Shown: in pieces, positions 1 through 9,722 of the stretch
How positions within the stretch are numbered: position 1 is the first letter of the stretch
How the letters are laid out: each line of letters opens with the position of its first letter
NCBI GenBank assembly: GCA_963758295.1
Contig: CAVWUU010000001.1
Location: forward strand, 151,274-215,273
Source: Candidatus Eremiobacteria bacterium
GTDB lineage: Bacteria > Vulcanimicrobiota > Vulcanimicrobiia > Vulcanimicrobiales > Vulcanimicrobiaceae
Direction: 5' to 3'
Length of the DNA: 64,000 bases
Position numbers and translations under genes: made by a program
The notes under the pieces: generated by a model
The model's input: only the letters and a program-made list of their open reading frames with translations
The model's database searches: none
Told to the model about the DNA's origin: nothing

Positions 1-963
1 ATGCGCCCGACGGGAGGCCTGCATTTGGGCCATCTCGTGGGCGTGCTTGCGCAGTGGGCAAACTATTGCGAAACGGCGGATTCGTATTTCGAAATCGCGG
101 ATTTGCACGCGTACACGACCGGTTACGAAGATCCGCAGGTAATTCGCGACGCACGCAACGAGATGGTTGCGGTCTGGCTTGCCTCGGGCGTCGACCCGAA
201 GAAATCCACGATTTTCTTGCAATCCGCGGTCCCGGAGATTGCCGAGTTGCATACGTTGCTCTCCATGGTTACGCCGGTCTCGTGGCTCGAACGCGTTCCG
301 ACGTATAAAGGGCAAATCGATGCGCTCGGCCAGCAGATCGCGACGTACGGGTTTCTCGGCTATCCGCTGCTGCAGTTGTGCGACATCGCCATCGTGCGCG
401 GCGAACGCGTGCCGGTCGGCCGCGATCAGATCGCGCATTTAGAGTTCGCAAGAGAAGTGGTGCGCCGCTTCAACTTTCTCTACGGAAATGGCGAAGAAGT
501 GCTCCTCGAGCCGCAACCGACGCTCACCGAATTTGCGGAAGTTCCGGGTACCGACGGCCGGAAAATGTCGAAGTCCTACGACAACGCCATTCTCATTGCG
601 GACGATGAAGAGACGACGACGAAAAAAGTGCGTTCTATGATCACCGATCCGCAAAAGGTGCGGCGCGGCGATCCCGGCCGGCCCGAGGTGTGCCCGGTGT
701 TCGCACTGTGGAAATTCGTCAATCCGCTCAAGCTTGATGCGATTGCGGAAGGTTGCCGCTCGGGCGCCCTTGGATGCGTTGCGGATAAGTCCGATTTTGC
801 GGAACAGCTAAACGCCTATCTTCGCCCGGTGCGCGAGCGCTTGGCGGTCTACCGGCAAGACCCGGGTGAAGTCGAGCGCATCATTGCCGACGGCACGGCC
901 CGGACGCGTGGGATTGCAAGCGCGGTCGTCACAGACGTCAAACGCGCGATGAAGCTGTTGTAA
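1..963 (+). CDS. trpS: tryptophan--tRNA ligase, 5' end probably cut by the window edge
   Basis: Class I aaRS signatures are present: GLHLGH near the N-terminus and KMSKS (GRKMSKSYDN). The frame is open to TAA at 961-963. The ATG at position 1 lies inside the conserved MRPTG..LHLGH block, so the true start is likely upstream of the window. Confidence 0.93.
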   Translation: MRPTGGLHLGHLVGVLAQWANYCETADSYFEIADLHAYTTGYEDPQVIRDARNEMVAVWLASGVDPKKSTIFLQSAVPEIAELHTLLSMVTPVSWLERVPTYKGQIDALGQQIATYGFLGYPLLQLCDIAIVRGERVPVGRDQIAHLEFAREVVRRFNFLYGNGEEVLLEPQPTLTEFAEVPGTDGRKMSKSYDNAILIADDEETTTKKVRSMITDPQKVRRGDPGRPEVCPVFALWKFVNPLKLDAIAEGCRSGALGCVADKSDFAEQLNAYLRPVRERLAVYRQDPGEVERIIADGTARTRGIASAVVTDVKRAMKLL

Positions 964-994
964 GACAAGAAGAGCCACCGCGAAACGGTGGCTC
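962..994. terminator. stem-loop between convergent trpS and a lipoprotein gene
   Basis: Perfect 9-bp stem gagccaccg (972-980) / cggtggctc (986-994) with loop cgaaa. Read on the minus strand it is followed by the U-rich tract ttcttgtctt. It lies in the 56-nt gap between two convergent stop codons. Confidence 0.6.
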
Positions 995-1019
995 TCGCTC
1001 GATCTGGACGAGGGCGCCT

Positions 1020-2180
1020 TTACTTGATGACGTGCCAGTCGGTCATTACGTATTGCGCGCCGCTCGGCGTAACGGTCAGCGTGCCATCCCCGAATGCGTC
1101 AACGTTGAACGTGGCGATTTGCGCGCCGCCGTTTGAAACGATCCCCGTCACAAACTGATCGCTCGTGGGCGAAACGCTCGAGTTCGTCGAGACGTTTAGG
1201 GTGTTGCCGTTTGCAAGCGTTGCGTTCGTCACGGTGAGATTCGTCAGAACGCCGCGGTTGAACGTCGTCGTGACGGGAATCGAGTACTGGCCGCGTCCCG
1301 TGCCGCCGTCGAGCGCGAACTCCGGCGCCGCGATCGGACAGACCGTATTCGCGTTTGCAATCCCGACCGACAGCGAGCCGATGGCGCCTTTGAAGGCGGA
1401 GCCGGTATGCGTGGCCGTCCACGTGACCGATCCGTCGGCGTTAATGGTGCGCGTTCCACCGGTCGCTACGGCGCTCTGCCAGCCGAAGGTTTCACCCAGG
1501 CGTTGGATGCCGGTTGCGTTGTAGCCTGCGGCGTCACCGCAAAAGGTACTGGTGTTTCCGGCAGCCGGCATCACGACGAGTTCGTCGTCGTCCACGGCCG
1601 TTTTTGCGCCCGCGAGATCGAGGTTCGACTGCGATTGGCGATTGAATCCGTCCGCCACGACCGGATAGCCGTACTGCGTGAACGTGGCGTTCCCGAACGT
1701 TACCGCGGAGGTTCGCGTTGCGCTGGGCGTATTGTTGTTCACCGCATAAAGTTTTTCGGTGCGATTGACGGTTTCGGCGTTACCGTTGATGGTATAGATA
1801 CGCACGACGTCGCGCGCCAGCTGCGTGCACGCGGCGTCGTAGAAATATTGCGTTTCGGTCGAGCTCGCGTCGGCGTTCTTGTCGGGCGCGAAGAACTCCA
1901 CGCTGCCGGTACACGTTCCGCTCGTGTCTCGCTCGTAAGAACCGTTCTTAGAAGCCAGACTCGGCGCGATCGTATTGTTGTAATTCGAGAGCGTTTTTAC
2001 CGGGTCGCCCAGCGAATTCGCGGTGTCGATCGCGTTCTCCGATTGCTGCTGTGGGCTTAGCGTTGTGCCGCCGCCCGGATTGACCGGCGGACTCGTTGCG
2101 ACCCCGGCGCCGGAGCCTCCGCCGCAGGCAGTAAGCGTAGCGGCCAGCGCGAGTGTCGCATAAAGAACTTTCGAGTGCAT
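1020..2180 (-). CDS. hypothetical lipoprotein (Thr/Asn/Gly/Ser-rich)
   Basis: The ATG at 2180 is preceded by AGAGGA. The N-terminus MHSKVLYATLALAATLTACGGGSG has a signal peptide and a lipobox (LTAC). No recognisable catalytic motif. Confidence 0.7.
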   Translation of the reverse strand: MHSKVLYATLALAATLTACGGGSGAGVATSPPVNPGGGTTLSPQQQSENAIDTANSLGDPVKTLSNYNNTIAPSLASKNGSYERDTSGTCTGSVEFFAPDKNADASSTETQYFYDAACTQLARDVVRIYTINGNAETVNRTEKLYAVNNNTPSATRTSAVTFGNATFTQYGYPVVADGFNRQSQSNLDLAGAKTAVDDDELVVMPAAGNTSTFCGDAAGYNATGIQRLGETFGWQSAVATGGTRTINADGSVTWTATHTGSAFKGAIGSLSVGIANANTVCPIAAPEFALDGGTGRGQYSIPVTTTFNRGVLTNLTVTNATLANGNTLNVSTNSSVSPTSDQFVTGIVSNGGAQIATFNVDAFGDGTLTVTPSGAQYVMTDWHVIK

Positions 2181-2337
2181 TCCGTTGTCCTCTGAATCGA
2201 ATGAGTGCGTTTGCTCCCTGAGCATAGGAGCAGGCACGTCGCGAAACATTAGCGCTTGCTGAAGCCGGCGCCAATTTTACGCGCCTCTCATTTTGATGCG
2301 GCGATAAATGAAAGCGGGCTTAGGGCCGCTCCGGTTC

Positions 2338-2366
2338 TGGACGGTTTTGGACAAAACGTCTATAAT
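2338..2366 (+). promoter_or_regulatory. sigma70-like promoter giving a near-leaderless antitoxin mRNA
   Basis: TGGACG (2338-2343), a 17-nt spacer, then perfect TATAAT (2361-2366). The antitoxin ATG at 2373 sits about 7 nt after the -10 box and no Shine-Dalgarno can fit. Confidence 0.5.
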
Positions 2367-2372
2367 GAGAAT

Positions 2373-2789
2373 ATGGCGCAAACGGCGGTTCTTGGAATCG
2401 AAGAAGCCTCGGCGATCCTGCGGAGTAGTGATCGCGCTTCGCGCCCGGCGTTGAACGCGTTCACCGCGATTGCCGATGAGTGGGATCTCACACCCAGGCA
2501 GCGCCAGAACATTCTGGGGCTCGCGCCGTCAACGTACTACGCGTATCTCAAGCGTCCTGAAAGCGCGCGGCTCTCGCCCGACACTTTGGAACGCATTTCG
2601 TACGTCCTCGGCATCTTCAAAGCGCTACGGATCCTCTTGCCGAGGCGCGACGCGCGCATCGCCTGGCTGCACAATTCGAACGCCGATCCCGAATTTGCCG
2701 CGGCATCGCCCCTTGCGATCCTGACAGCCGGCAAAGTAGCAAATCTTTACCGCGTGCGGCGATATTTGGACGGCCAGCGCGGGTGGTAA
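2373..2789 (+). CDS. Xre/MbcA/ParS-type antitoxin (DUF2384-like C-terminal toxin-binding domain)
   Basis: About 138 aa and immediately upstream of a RES-domain gene, overlapping it by 7 nt. The C-terminal region (ARIAWLHNSNADPEFAAASPLAILTAGKVANLYRVRRYLD) fits the antitoxin family that pairs with RES toxins. The longer ORF start at 2256 is unlikely given the promoter. Confidence 0.75.
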   Translation: MAQTAVLGIEEASAILRSSDRASRPALNAFTAIADEWDLTPRQRQNILGLAPSTYYAYLKRPESARLSPDTLERISYVLGIFKALRILLPRRDARIAWLHNSNADPEFAAASPLAILTAGKVANLYRVRRYLDGQRGW

Positions 2790-3469
2790 CCCGCCTGACG
2801 TGGCGGACGGCATATCGCATTATTCCATCGCTCTATCCCGTAGCCGGCATCTTCGACGACGTAACGAATCCAGCCGACCTCCAAGTGATCCTCGAGCTCG
2901 AAGCCGCGACGAACCCGCGCGTCCTCGATGAAGCGGGAGAACTGGCAATGGTGCGGCCCGAGGATCGCATCGCCGGCGTGGGCGCGACGCCGGTAATGGC
3001 GGCGTTTACGCACACGATGGCAAGCCGCTTTTCCGACGGCACCTATGGCGTTTTCTACGCGGCGCACGATGAGCCGACGGCAATAGCGGAGACGGCGTAT
3101 CATCGCGCGCGTTTCTTGCGCAACGCCGGACTGCGCAGCGAGATCGTTCAGATGCGCGTGTATCGCGCAAGCATCGATGGAACCTTCAACGACGTTCGCG
3201 GCAAATCGACGCGCGCCGCGATCTACGCGCCGAATTCCTACGAGGCGTCGCAGCGCTACGCGCGCCCGCTCTATCTGAAGAATGCCGTAGACGGCATCGT
3301 GTATCGCAGTGTTCGCCGGAGGGAGGGCGAGTGCGTTGCCGTTTTTCGGCCGCGTCGTGTGCGGTCATGTAACGTTTTGCGGCACTTAGAGTACCGTTTC
3401 GAAGACTTTGAATTAACCGCCGTGCTCGCCGTCGACGACGTCACGAACGAAAATAGAACGAACCGGTAA
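2783..3469 (+). CDS. RES-domain toxin (NAD+-degrading MbcT/ParT-like family)
   Basis: 228 aa. GTG start overlaps the antitoxin stop (gtggtaa). Layout is typical of RES-domain proteins (TWRTAYRIIPS..., YRSVRRREGECVAVFRP) and it is paired with a DUF2384-type partner. Confidence 0.8.
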   Translation: MVTRLTWRTAYRIIPSLYPVAGIFDDVTNPADLQVILELEAATNPRVLDEAGELAMVRPEDRIAGVGATPVMAAFTHTMASRFSDGTYGVFYAAHDEPTAIAETAYHRARFLRNAGLRSEIVQMRVYRASIDGTFNDVRGKSTRAAIYAPNSYEASQRYARPLYLKNAVDGIVYRSVRRREGECVAVFRPRRVRSCNVLRHLEYRFEDFELTAVLAVDDVTNENRTNR

Positions 3470-3700
3470 CTGGAGTTTCAAACGACGTAGGTCTTTGTGT
3501 GGACCCGCTAGTCTTTTGGTCCCGGTGCGCTAGGAACTACTTTTTGTTGTAACAATTTGTGCGCATGTTAGCGTGCTACGCTTCTGTTGCACGCGTGTCT
3601 TTCTCAGGGTGTTTCGGTTCGAATCACTAGGCTGCGTTTGGGACGCAGCTGTGTTTCGTATTGTTCCGTGACGCTGGAATGTTTCTTCATTGGAGGCCTC

Positions 3701-4801
3701 TTGAAACTACACAAATTGCTCGTCGCGTCGGCCATCGTGGGCAGCATGTCGCTTGCCGCATGCGGTGGCGGCGGCGGGACCGGCGCACCGGGCGCGGTTC
3801 CGACAACGAATCCCTCAAAGCCGACGCAGCAAGCTACGGCAAAGTCGACGCTGACGATGCGCGTCCCGCTGAATTTCTCCGGCGGTAAGAAGGGGCCGTC
3901 GCTGCGAAACTCCGGCGCTATCAGACCGATGTTCGTCGACGGCAACAGCAACGGTACCGTTAACGTCTACTTCGACGGTACGAGCGTTCTGAATTTCTCC
4001 TCGAACGGATCGCCGGGCGCTGGCCCGTCCGGAAGTGCCAATCTCTCAAACGGCGGCTCGTTTACGTGGACGTCGGCCATTAGTCTCGTCGGCAATCAGC
4101 CCGTCGCAACGATCACGGCGAATTACGCGACGGTTCCAGGTTTGCACACGATCGGTGCCGTGCAGCTTGACGGCGCGTGCGTCGGCCCCGATCCGTGCAT
4201 TCCGAATACGGATGGCTACGTGCTTGCCGAAGGGCAGACCACGCAGGTTCTGCAATCGGGCAGCAACGGCAACGCCAATCTCTACATGCGCGGCGTGATG
4301 GAGTCGGCCTACGTTTGCGATCCGGGCTGCACCGGTCAGAATCTCAGCGTGGACGGGCAGGGCTACTACGACCTGTATGTCGTCGTTGCGGACGAAAACG
4401 GAACGGCAATTACGCATCAGTTCGAAGATGATGGAACGACGCCCGTTCCGTTCGACAATGGGAGCTACACGATCGCCGAGCAGAATCCGCAGGGCAACAA
4501 CGGCACCGGCATTCTGTCGATCGACAAACCGGGACCCTTCACGGCGCCTGGAACCGACCGCGCGAGCGGCGGGTATGGCGTCGATATCAAAGTGAAGTGC
4601 GTGCACACCGGTACGACGACGCTTGCGGCGGTACTGGATGCGACCGGCGGAACGCCGGGCGTTCCGGTGGCCGGTTTCACGTACACGGCAAATAACTATC
4701 CGTCGGCCAATATGGTGCTCGGATCGGTTGGTTCCGACATCTATTACGGCAACCAGCTGGCGTTGAATTGCGACGCCTCGGGAACCCTGACCATTCAGTA
4801 A
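3701..4801 (+). CDS. hypothetical lipoprotein
   Basis: TTG start at 3701 lies 4 nt after GGAGG. The N-terminus (M)KLHKLLVASAIVGSMSLAACGGGGG has a signal peptide and lipobox. The mature part is Gly/Asn/Thr-rich. The ORF-track start at 3587 lacks an RBS and would bury the signal peptide. Confidence 0.7.
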   Translation: MKLHKLLVASAIVGSMSLAACGGGGGTGAPGAVPTTNPSKPTQQATAKSTLTMRVPLNFSGGKKGPSLRNSGAIRPMFVDGNSNGTVNVYFDGTSVLNFSSNGSPGAGPSGSANLSNGGSFTWTSAISLVGNQPVATITANYATVPGLHTIGAVQLDGACVGPDPCIPNTDGYVLAEGQTTQVLQSGSNGNANLYMRGVMESAYVCDPGCTGQNLSVDGQGYYDLYVVVADENGTAITHQFEDDGTTPVPFDNGSYTIAEQNPQGNNGTGILSIDKPGPFTAPGTDRASGGYGVDIKVKCVHTGTTTLAAVLDATGGTPGVPVAGFTYTANNYPSANMVLGSVGSDIYYGNQLALNCDASGTLTIQ

Positions 4802-4824
4802 CCTGGGTCAACGGAATCCTCGAT

Positions 4825-4856
4825 AAAGCTCCGGCTCGTAACGAGCCGGAGCTTTT
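4825..4856 (+). terminator. rho-independent terminator after the lipoprotein gene
   Basis: aaagctccggctcg (4825-4838), loop taa, cgagccggagcttt (4842-4855), ending in TTTT. It starts 24 nt after the stop codon. Confidence 0.8.
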
Positions 4857-4916
4857 GCGTGCCATAAGGCCCGCTTGACCCGTGCTGCGCTTCGCGCTAC
4901 GAAAGAAAACGAAGCC

Positions 4917-7900
4917 ATGGGATCGGGAACACTTCGTATCTTTCTTTTTGGCGAACCGCGATTCGAATATGCGAACGAATCGTGGAAATTCAATGCGCCC
5001 CCGAAGACGTTACCTCTGCTCGCCTATCTCTTGCTCCACCGCTCGGCACCGGTACAGCGCGAGCGGCTTGCAACGGCGTTGTGGGCCGATGAAGAGCCCG
5101 CCCGTTCTCAGGCAAACCTGCGGCGGCACATTCACTATTTGAACAAGGCTTTGCCGGTGGGCGACGCGCCGTGGCTACTCACCAACCCAAAGAGCATCGG
5201 CTGGAATACCGCTGCTCCCTATTGGCTCGATGTCGACGCGTTCGAACTTGCAAGCAATGACGCCGCCGTTCGAGGCCGCGCGGTTCGCCTCTACGCCGGC
5301 GATTTATTCGAGCGGTGCGCCGAGGAATGGATGGACTTCGACCGCGAGCGACTGCGCACGCTGCAGCTCTCCAACTTGAAACGGCTTTGCGTTGAAGCAC
5401 GCGAGCGAAATGCCTATCTTGAAGCGCTGCAATATGCCCAGCTGATGCTTGTCGCCGATCCTTGGCGTGAGGATGCCGTTCGGGTCATCATGGAAATTCG
5501 GCTGCTGTTGCACGACCGGGCCGGCGCCATTGAAGAGTACGAATCGTTCGCGCAGCGGCTGCGCGACGAATTAAACACCCAGCCGCTTGAGGAGTCTACT
5601 CGGCTCTACAACGATATCTGTGAAGGGCGTGCGTCAATCGACTCGCACGGCGCGGCGCAGGAACGTGCTATGATCGGACGCCGCAATGAGAGTGCGACGC
5701 TGCTCGACGAATGGCAACGCGCAGCGCGCGGCGAGGGCCGCGTGTTGTTCGTTGGTGGAGAAGCGGGGATCGGCAAGAGCACCTTGCTGGAATCGTTATG
5801 CGAGCGCGTGGTACGGGAAGGCGCGATCGTGTTAAAAGCCTTTGCGGCGGAGCAAGAGAATGCGCCGTACGCGAGTTTTGCTCAGCTAGTGCGCGAAGCG
5901 GCGGCTCAGACCGGCGAAGAGGCGATCGACGTGCGCGCGGGAGCCGCGCTGGCACACCTTGTCCCGGAGCTTTCTCCGCTGCCGGCAAAGGACGACGGTG
6001 CGAGCGAAGAAGGACGCCTGCAGTTGTTTAACGCCGTTGCGAATCTCACGCAAGCCGTTGCCGATCGTGCGCCTCTGTTGATTGCATTCGAAGATGCGCA
6101 TCTTGCCGGCAATGCGACTCTCGAGCTTCTTTCCTACCTCGCGCTTCGCGTACTGGACCGGCGCGTCTTAATCGTGGTGACGTATCGGGAGTTCGAAGTT
6201 GGAAGAGTCCATCCGTTGCGAAAATTGCGCCGGCGTCTCTCATCAACGCGGAGATTGACGTCCGTCGCTCTAAGCGCTCTCGATCGCGATGATGCCGGTG
6301 CCCTTGTTCAAGCCAGAGTTCCGTATTTACTGGAAAGCAAGGTCGTCGACAGCCTGTATCGGCGCAGCGGCGGAAATCCGCTGTTCATGATCGAGATCGT
6401 TCGTGAAGCGGCTGAAGCCGGATTCGATGCTATTCCGGAATCGGTTGCAGAGATCGTTCGCCGCCGGCTGGACCGGCTCGACACAATTCCCCGCGAAGTC
6501 TTAGCGCTGGCGTCGGTTGCGGGAACGTCGTGTTCGTTCGAATTGCTCGGCGCAGTTGCCGGTCTTCCGGAAGCGGAATTGACCGTGACGGTAGATCGCC
6601 TGGTGCAATCGCACTTCCTTCGTTTCAATGCAATGACGAATGAAGTCGCGTTTGTGCACGGAGTCATTCATCAGGCAATTTACGACACGATCGAGGAGCG
6701 GCCCCGGCGAGCCGCACACGCCCGGCTGGCGATCGCGATGCGCGATTTATGGGGCGCCCAGGGAGCCGCTGCGTCAATAGCGCGGCACTTTGAATTGGGC
6801 GACATGCGGCAGGATGCCGGCGCCGCGCATGTCGTTGCAGCGGAGGCGGCGCTTCGCGTGTACGCGTTGGACGAATCCGAAGAGCACGCGCTTCGCGCCT
6901 GTGCAAACGAGCCCGACCGTGAGAGCCGATTTCGTGCCGTTCGCGTGCTCGAAACGATCAGCGGGGTACGGGCCGATGCGGCGCAACAGAAAACCTATGT
7001 TGACGCTTTGCTCGAACTCAGTACGCATCTCCCGGCGACATACCGTGCGGAAGCGTTAATGCGTGCGGCGGACTTTTCCGCCGGCTATCGCGATGGACAG
7101 CACGAGGCCGCGCTCCGCGCCTTGGAAGCCTTTGTAACGGGCGAGCCGGCATTCGCCGCGGACTACCAGCTGCGATTTGGCGAGTATCTTTCACGTAGCG
7201 GTGAGCTTCGCGCATCGTTGGAACCGTTGCGGGCCGCGCTGGAATTCTATAGCAAGCACGGCAAGATCGAAGCGGCAATCCGTACCATCGCCGTGCTCTA
7301 TGCGACGTCAATCTATTTGGGAGAACCGGTAGAGTTCTTCGAGCGCGAGCTGGAAAGCGTACGGGAGCGAGTTTCAAGCGCCGCCGACGCAAGGATTCGC
7401 GGTCGGCTCGCGCAATTGCGCAGCGGCGCATTATTGGATAAAGATCCCGGCGCGGCGTATGCCGCCGCCCTCGAAGTCCTTGCGTTTGCAGACGAGACCG
7501 ACGATCTCGCCCTTTGCACGGCCGGACATCGTGCGGCCGCCGCCTCCTCGATCAGACAAATGGAGTTGGGAAAGGCCCTCCGTCACCTAAGGGAATGCGA
7601 AGAACTGGTGACAACGAACGGGCGCCCACGCGATCTGGCTCACGTACGATCGTGGCAAGTTCTGTACGAAAACCGCTGCGGCGGGTTCGACCGCGCCATA
7701 GCGCTCGGCGAAGAAGGCATCGCGATTGCGGACCGCGCGCGAGCGCTTGAATTGCGGACGATCATTGAGAGCAATATCGCAATAAGCCTGAAATGGTCGC
7801 ACCGGCTAGATCGCGCCGAGGCAGCGATCTCCAGCGCGATTTACGCGAACGAAACACTCTCGCGGCGCAGTTCTTCCATGCTGAGCGTGTTGGCGGAAAT

Positions 7901-8357
7901 TCGCATCGCTAAAGGGTTTCTCGACGAAGGAATCGCGTTGCTGGAAGAGTCCGTTCGCATTCGATTGCCCCAAAGCGATGCGCTGGGCGTTGCCTCCGTG
8001 CACGAGCCGCTCGTGCTCGGTCTTGCGTACGTCGCGGCCGGCCGCACGAAAGACGCGAAGCGATGTGCCGGCCGGATTCTTAGCGCAATGGACCGGTACG
8101 AGGCCTATTACTTTCATCCGCAAGCTTATCTATGGGCTGCAAGCCGGTTCCTTAGCTTCTTCGGATATGCCGAAGCGGAAGAGTTCCGTGCCGCCGCCAG
8201 GCGCCGTTATAGCGCCATTCTTGCCGGGATCGACGATGCAGATGCGCAACGGTCGTTCCGCGACTTCGTCTTCAACAGGCTTATCGTTGAGGACGTCCGC
8301 GTCGAAGATCCGCATTGCGTGTGGTTCTCTCCCGGTGATTTGCGGAGCCCTGCATAA
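4917..8357 (+). CDS. SARP/AfsR-like regulator: winged-helix plus BTAD domain, P-loop (STAND-type) ATPase, TPR-like C-terminal repeats
   Basis: The N-terminus LRIFLFGEPRF...LLAYLLLH...RERLATALWADEE...NLRRHIHYLNKAL resembles an OmpR-type winged helix and is followed by BTAD-like helices. Walker A is GGEAGIGKSTL. A helical-repeat tail of more than 600 aa follows. Start chosen at ATG 4917 (MGSGTLRIF). Confidence 0.8.
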   Translation: MGSGTLRIFLFGEPRFEYANESWKFNAPPKTLPLLAYLLLHRSAPVQRERLATALWADEEPARSQANLRRHIHYLNKALPVGDAPWLLTNPKSIGWNTAAPYWLDVDAFELASNDAAVRGRAVRLYAGDLFERCAEEWMDFDRERLRTLQLSNLKRLCVEARERNAYLEALQYAQLMLVADPWREDAVRVIMEIRLLLHDRAGAIEEYESFAQRLRDELNTQPLEESTRLYNDICEGRASIDSHGAAQERAMIGRRNESATLLDEWQRAARGEGRVLFVGGEAGIGKSTLLESLCERVVREGAIVLKAFAAEQENAPYASFAQLVREAAAQTGEEAIDVRAGAALAHLVPELSPLPAKDDGASEEGRLQLFNAVANLTQAVADRAPLLIAFEDAHLAGNATLELLSYLALRVLDRRVLIVVTYREFEVGRVHPLRKLRRRLSSTRRLTSVALSALDRDDAGALVQARVPYLLESKVVDSLYRRSGGNPLFMIEIVREAAEAGFDAIPESVAEIVRRRLDRLDTIPREVLALASVAGTSCSFELLGAVAGLPEAELTVTVDRLVQSHFLRFNAMTNEVAFVHGVIHQAIYDTIEERPRRAAHARLAIAMRDLWGAQGAAASIARHFELGDMRQDAGAAHVVAAEAALRVYALDESEEHALRACANEPDRESRFRAVRVLETISGVRADAAQQKTYVDALLELSTHLPATYRAEALMRAADFSAGYRDGQHEAALRALEAFVTGEPAFAADYQLRFGEYLSRSGELRASLEPLRAALEFYSKHGKIEAAIRTIAVLYATSIYLGEPVEFFERELESVRERVSSAADARIRGRLAQLRSGALLDKDPGAAYAAALEVLAFADETDDLALCTAGHRAAAASSIRQMELGKALRHLRECEELVTTNGRPRDLAHVRSWQVLYENRCGGFDRAIALGEEGIAIADRARALELRTIIESNIAISLKWSHRLDRAEAAISSAIYANETLSRRSSSMLSVLAEIRIAKGFLDEGIALLEESVRIRLPQSDALGVASVHEPLVLGLAYVAAGRTKDAKRCAGRILSAMDRYEAYYFHPQAYLWAASRFLSFFGYAEAEEFRAAARRRYSAILAGIDDADAQRSFRDFVFNRLIVEDVRVEDPHCVWFSPGDLRSPA

Positions 8358-8730
8358 AAACGACCTTCCACCTTCGCCGTTGAAGCGCAGCGGCGAATAG
8401 CAGATACCCCGTATGGACTGGAAGGGCGCCCGGTTCTTGCAATGCGTGCCCGCGCATGCTCCACACGGCATTCACGATCGCGCACGACCGGTTGATAAAA
8501 CGAATCGCAGCAACGGTGATGCGAAGGTCGCTTTTTGCGAGGGTAGTTGCGAACGTTTCCCGGTAAAAAGCAGCAATTGCATCGCGTCCTTGAAGCGTCA
8601 CACCGCTGACGTCGATCACCTCGGCGTCAGCGGTGTAGAGCTCGCACAGGGCTTCGGCATCGTGCATATTCCACGCTCGCTCGAAGAACGTCGTGAGTTC
8701 TTCCACTCGAGCGCGAAGCGCGCCGGTCAT
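8281..8730 (-). CDS. NTF2-like / SnoaL-SgcJ-EcaC family protein
   Basis: N-terminus ELTTFFERAWNMHDAEALCELYTADAEVIDVSGVTLQGRDAIAAFY fits the pattern of the SgcJ/EcaC (DUF4440-like) NTF2 fold. Its ATG overlaps the upstream cupredoxin stop (ATGA). Its 3' end overlaps the convergent regulator gene by 77 nt. Confidence 0.65.
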   Translation of the reverse strand: MTGALRARVEELTTFFERAWNMHDAEALCELYTADAEVIDVSGVTLQGRDAIAAFYRETFATTLAKSDLRITVAAIRFINRSCAIVNAVWSMRGHALQEPGALPVHTGYLLFAAALQRRRWKVVFMQGSANHRERTTRNADLRRGRPQR

Positions 8731-9686
8731 TGAACCGTAACCGATCCCATCATGCCCTCGGCGCCATCATGGAAGAGGCAGTCGTATGCATACGTTCCGG
8801 CTTTCGTGAACGTCAAGCTGAAGCTCCGCCCGGGCATCATCGGTCCGGAGTTCACCATCGTCGAACCGTCGTAACTGGTCGGTCCCGACGGCGGAGAGAA
8901 CGGACTCATCGGCGGCAACTGTTGTCCAGCGACGGGGAACGTCACGGTGTGCGGGAGATTGCTGTCCAAGTTCGTCCAGGTAACCGTCGTTCCGACCGCC
9001 ACTTTCACGTCGGTGTCGTCGAGGGAGGGTCCGGTGAGGAAACGCACGACGCTGGATGGTCCAAGCGGCGGTAAGCCGAGGCCGCTCGAGATGCCGGCCG
9101 CAATATGCGGCCCACCGGCGGTGTACGGGAAGAGCCCTACGGCGCTAGTCGCGTTCGCAAGGTCCGCTTGCAGATTGGACTGTCCGGTAGCATCCAGCTG
9201 CGCTTGGGACTGCGGATAAGCAGTTCCGGCAGGCTGAACGACAACCGTTCCCACCATTTCACCGTGGATGAGGCAGTAATACGTGTACGTCCCCGCCTTG
9301 GTGAACGTCAGGGTGTAGGTCTTGCCGCCGGCGGCGAAGCCGGAGTTCGTATAAACCGTGCCGTCGTAACTGCTGCCGCCCGCGGGCTGCTGGTTCGACG
9401 GGTCGGACGGCGGCGGCGGTGACGCTTGCGGGCCGAGAAAAGTGACCGTGTGCGGTTCGGCAGCCGGAAATTTCCACGTGACGGAATCGCCCGCGTCGAT
9501 CGTGATGGACTTTGGATAGTATTCGAGCCCCTGGAGCGCTTCGGTTTGGGTCGATCCGCCGGCTTGCACGTACCACATTTGCGCGGCGGGTTTGGAGCTG
9601 GGGGTAGGCGTTGGCGATACGGTACCGCCGCCGCAGCCCGAAAGGGCCAGGCCGGCGACGGACGCGAGAATTAGCAGACGTTTCAT
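8727..9686 (-). CDS. two-domain cupredoxin (plastocyanin/azurin-like blue copper) lipoprotein
   Basis: Signal peptide plus lipobox (LALSGCGGG). There are two repeats, each ending in a type-1 copper ligand pattern: YYCLIHGEM and YDCLFHDGAEGM (Cys-x2-His-x(n)-Met). Confidence 0.8.
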   Translation of the reverse strand: MKRLLILASVAGLALSGCGGGTVSPTPTPSSKPAAQMWYVQAGGSTQTEALQGLEYYPKSITIDAGDSVTWKFPAAEPHTVTFLGPQASPPPPSDPSNQQPAGGSSYDGTVYTNSGFAAGGKTYTLTFTKAGTYTYYCLIHGEMVGTVVVQPAGTAYPQSQAQLDATGQSNLQADLANATSAVGLFPYTAGGPHIAAGISSGLGLPPLGPSSVVRFLTGPSLDDTDVKVAVGTTVTWTNLDSNLPHTVTFPVAGQQLPPMSPFSPPSGPTSYDGSTMVNSGPMMPGRSFSLTFTKAGTYAYDCLFHDGAEGMMGSVTVQ

Positions 9687-9722
9687 GAGCTCATCGTGGC
9701 TCGTGAAGCGTCTAATTTGCGT

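Noticed and set aside
2256-2372. Longer version of the antitoxin ORF starting at 2256, and longer versions of other ORFs (3587, 4875, 22932, 27932, 31498, 41141, 44055, 55063, 57886, 61408).
   Set aside because: The N-terminal extensions overlap neighbouring genes, bury signal peptides or precede conserved family N-termini. Internal starts with an RBS or start-stop coupling fit better.
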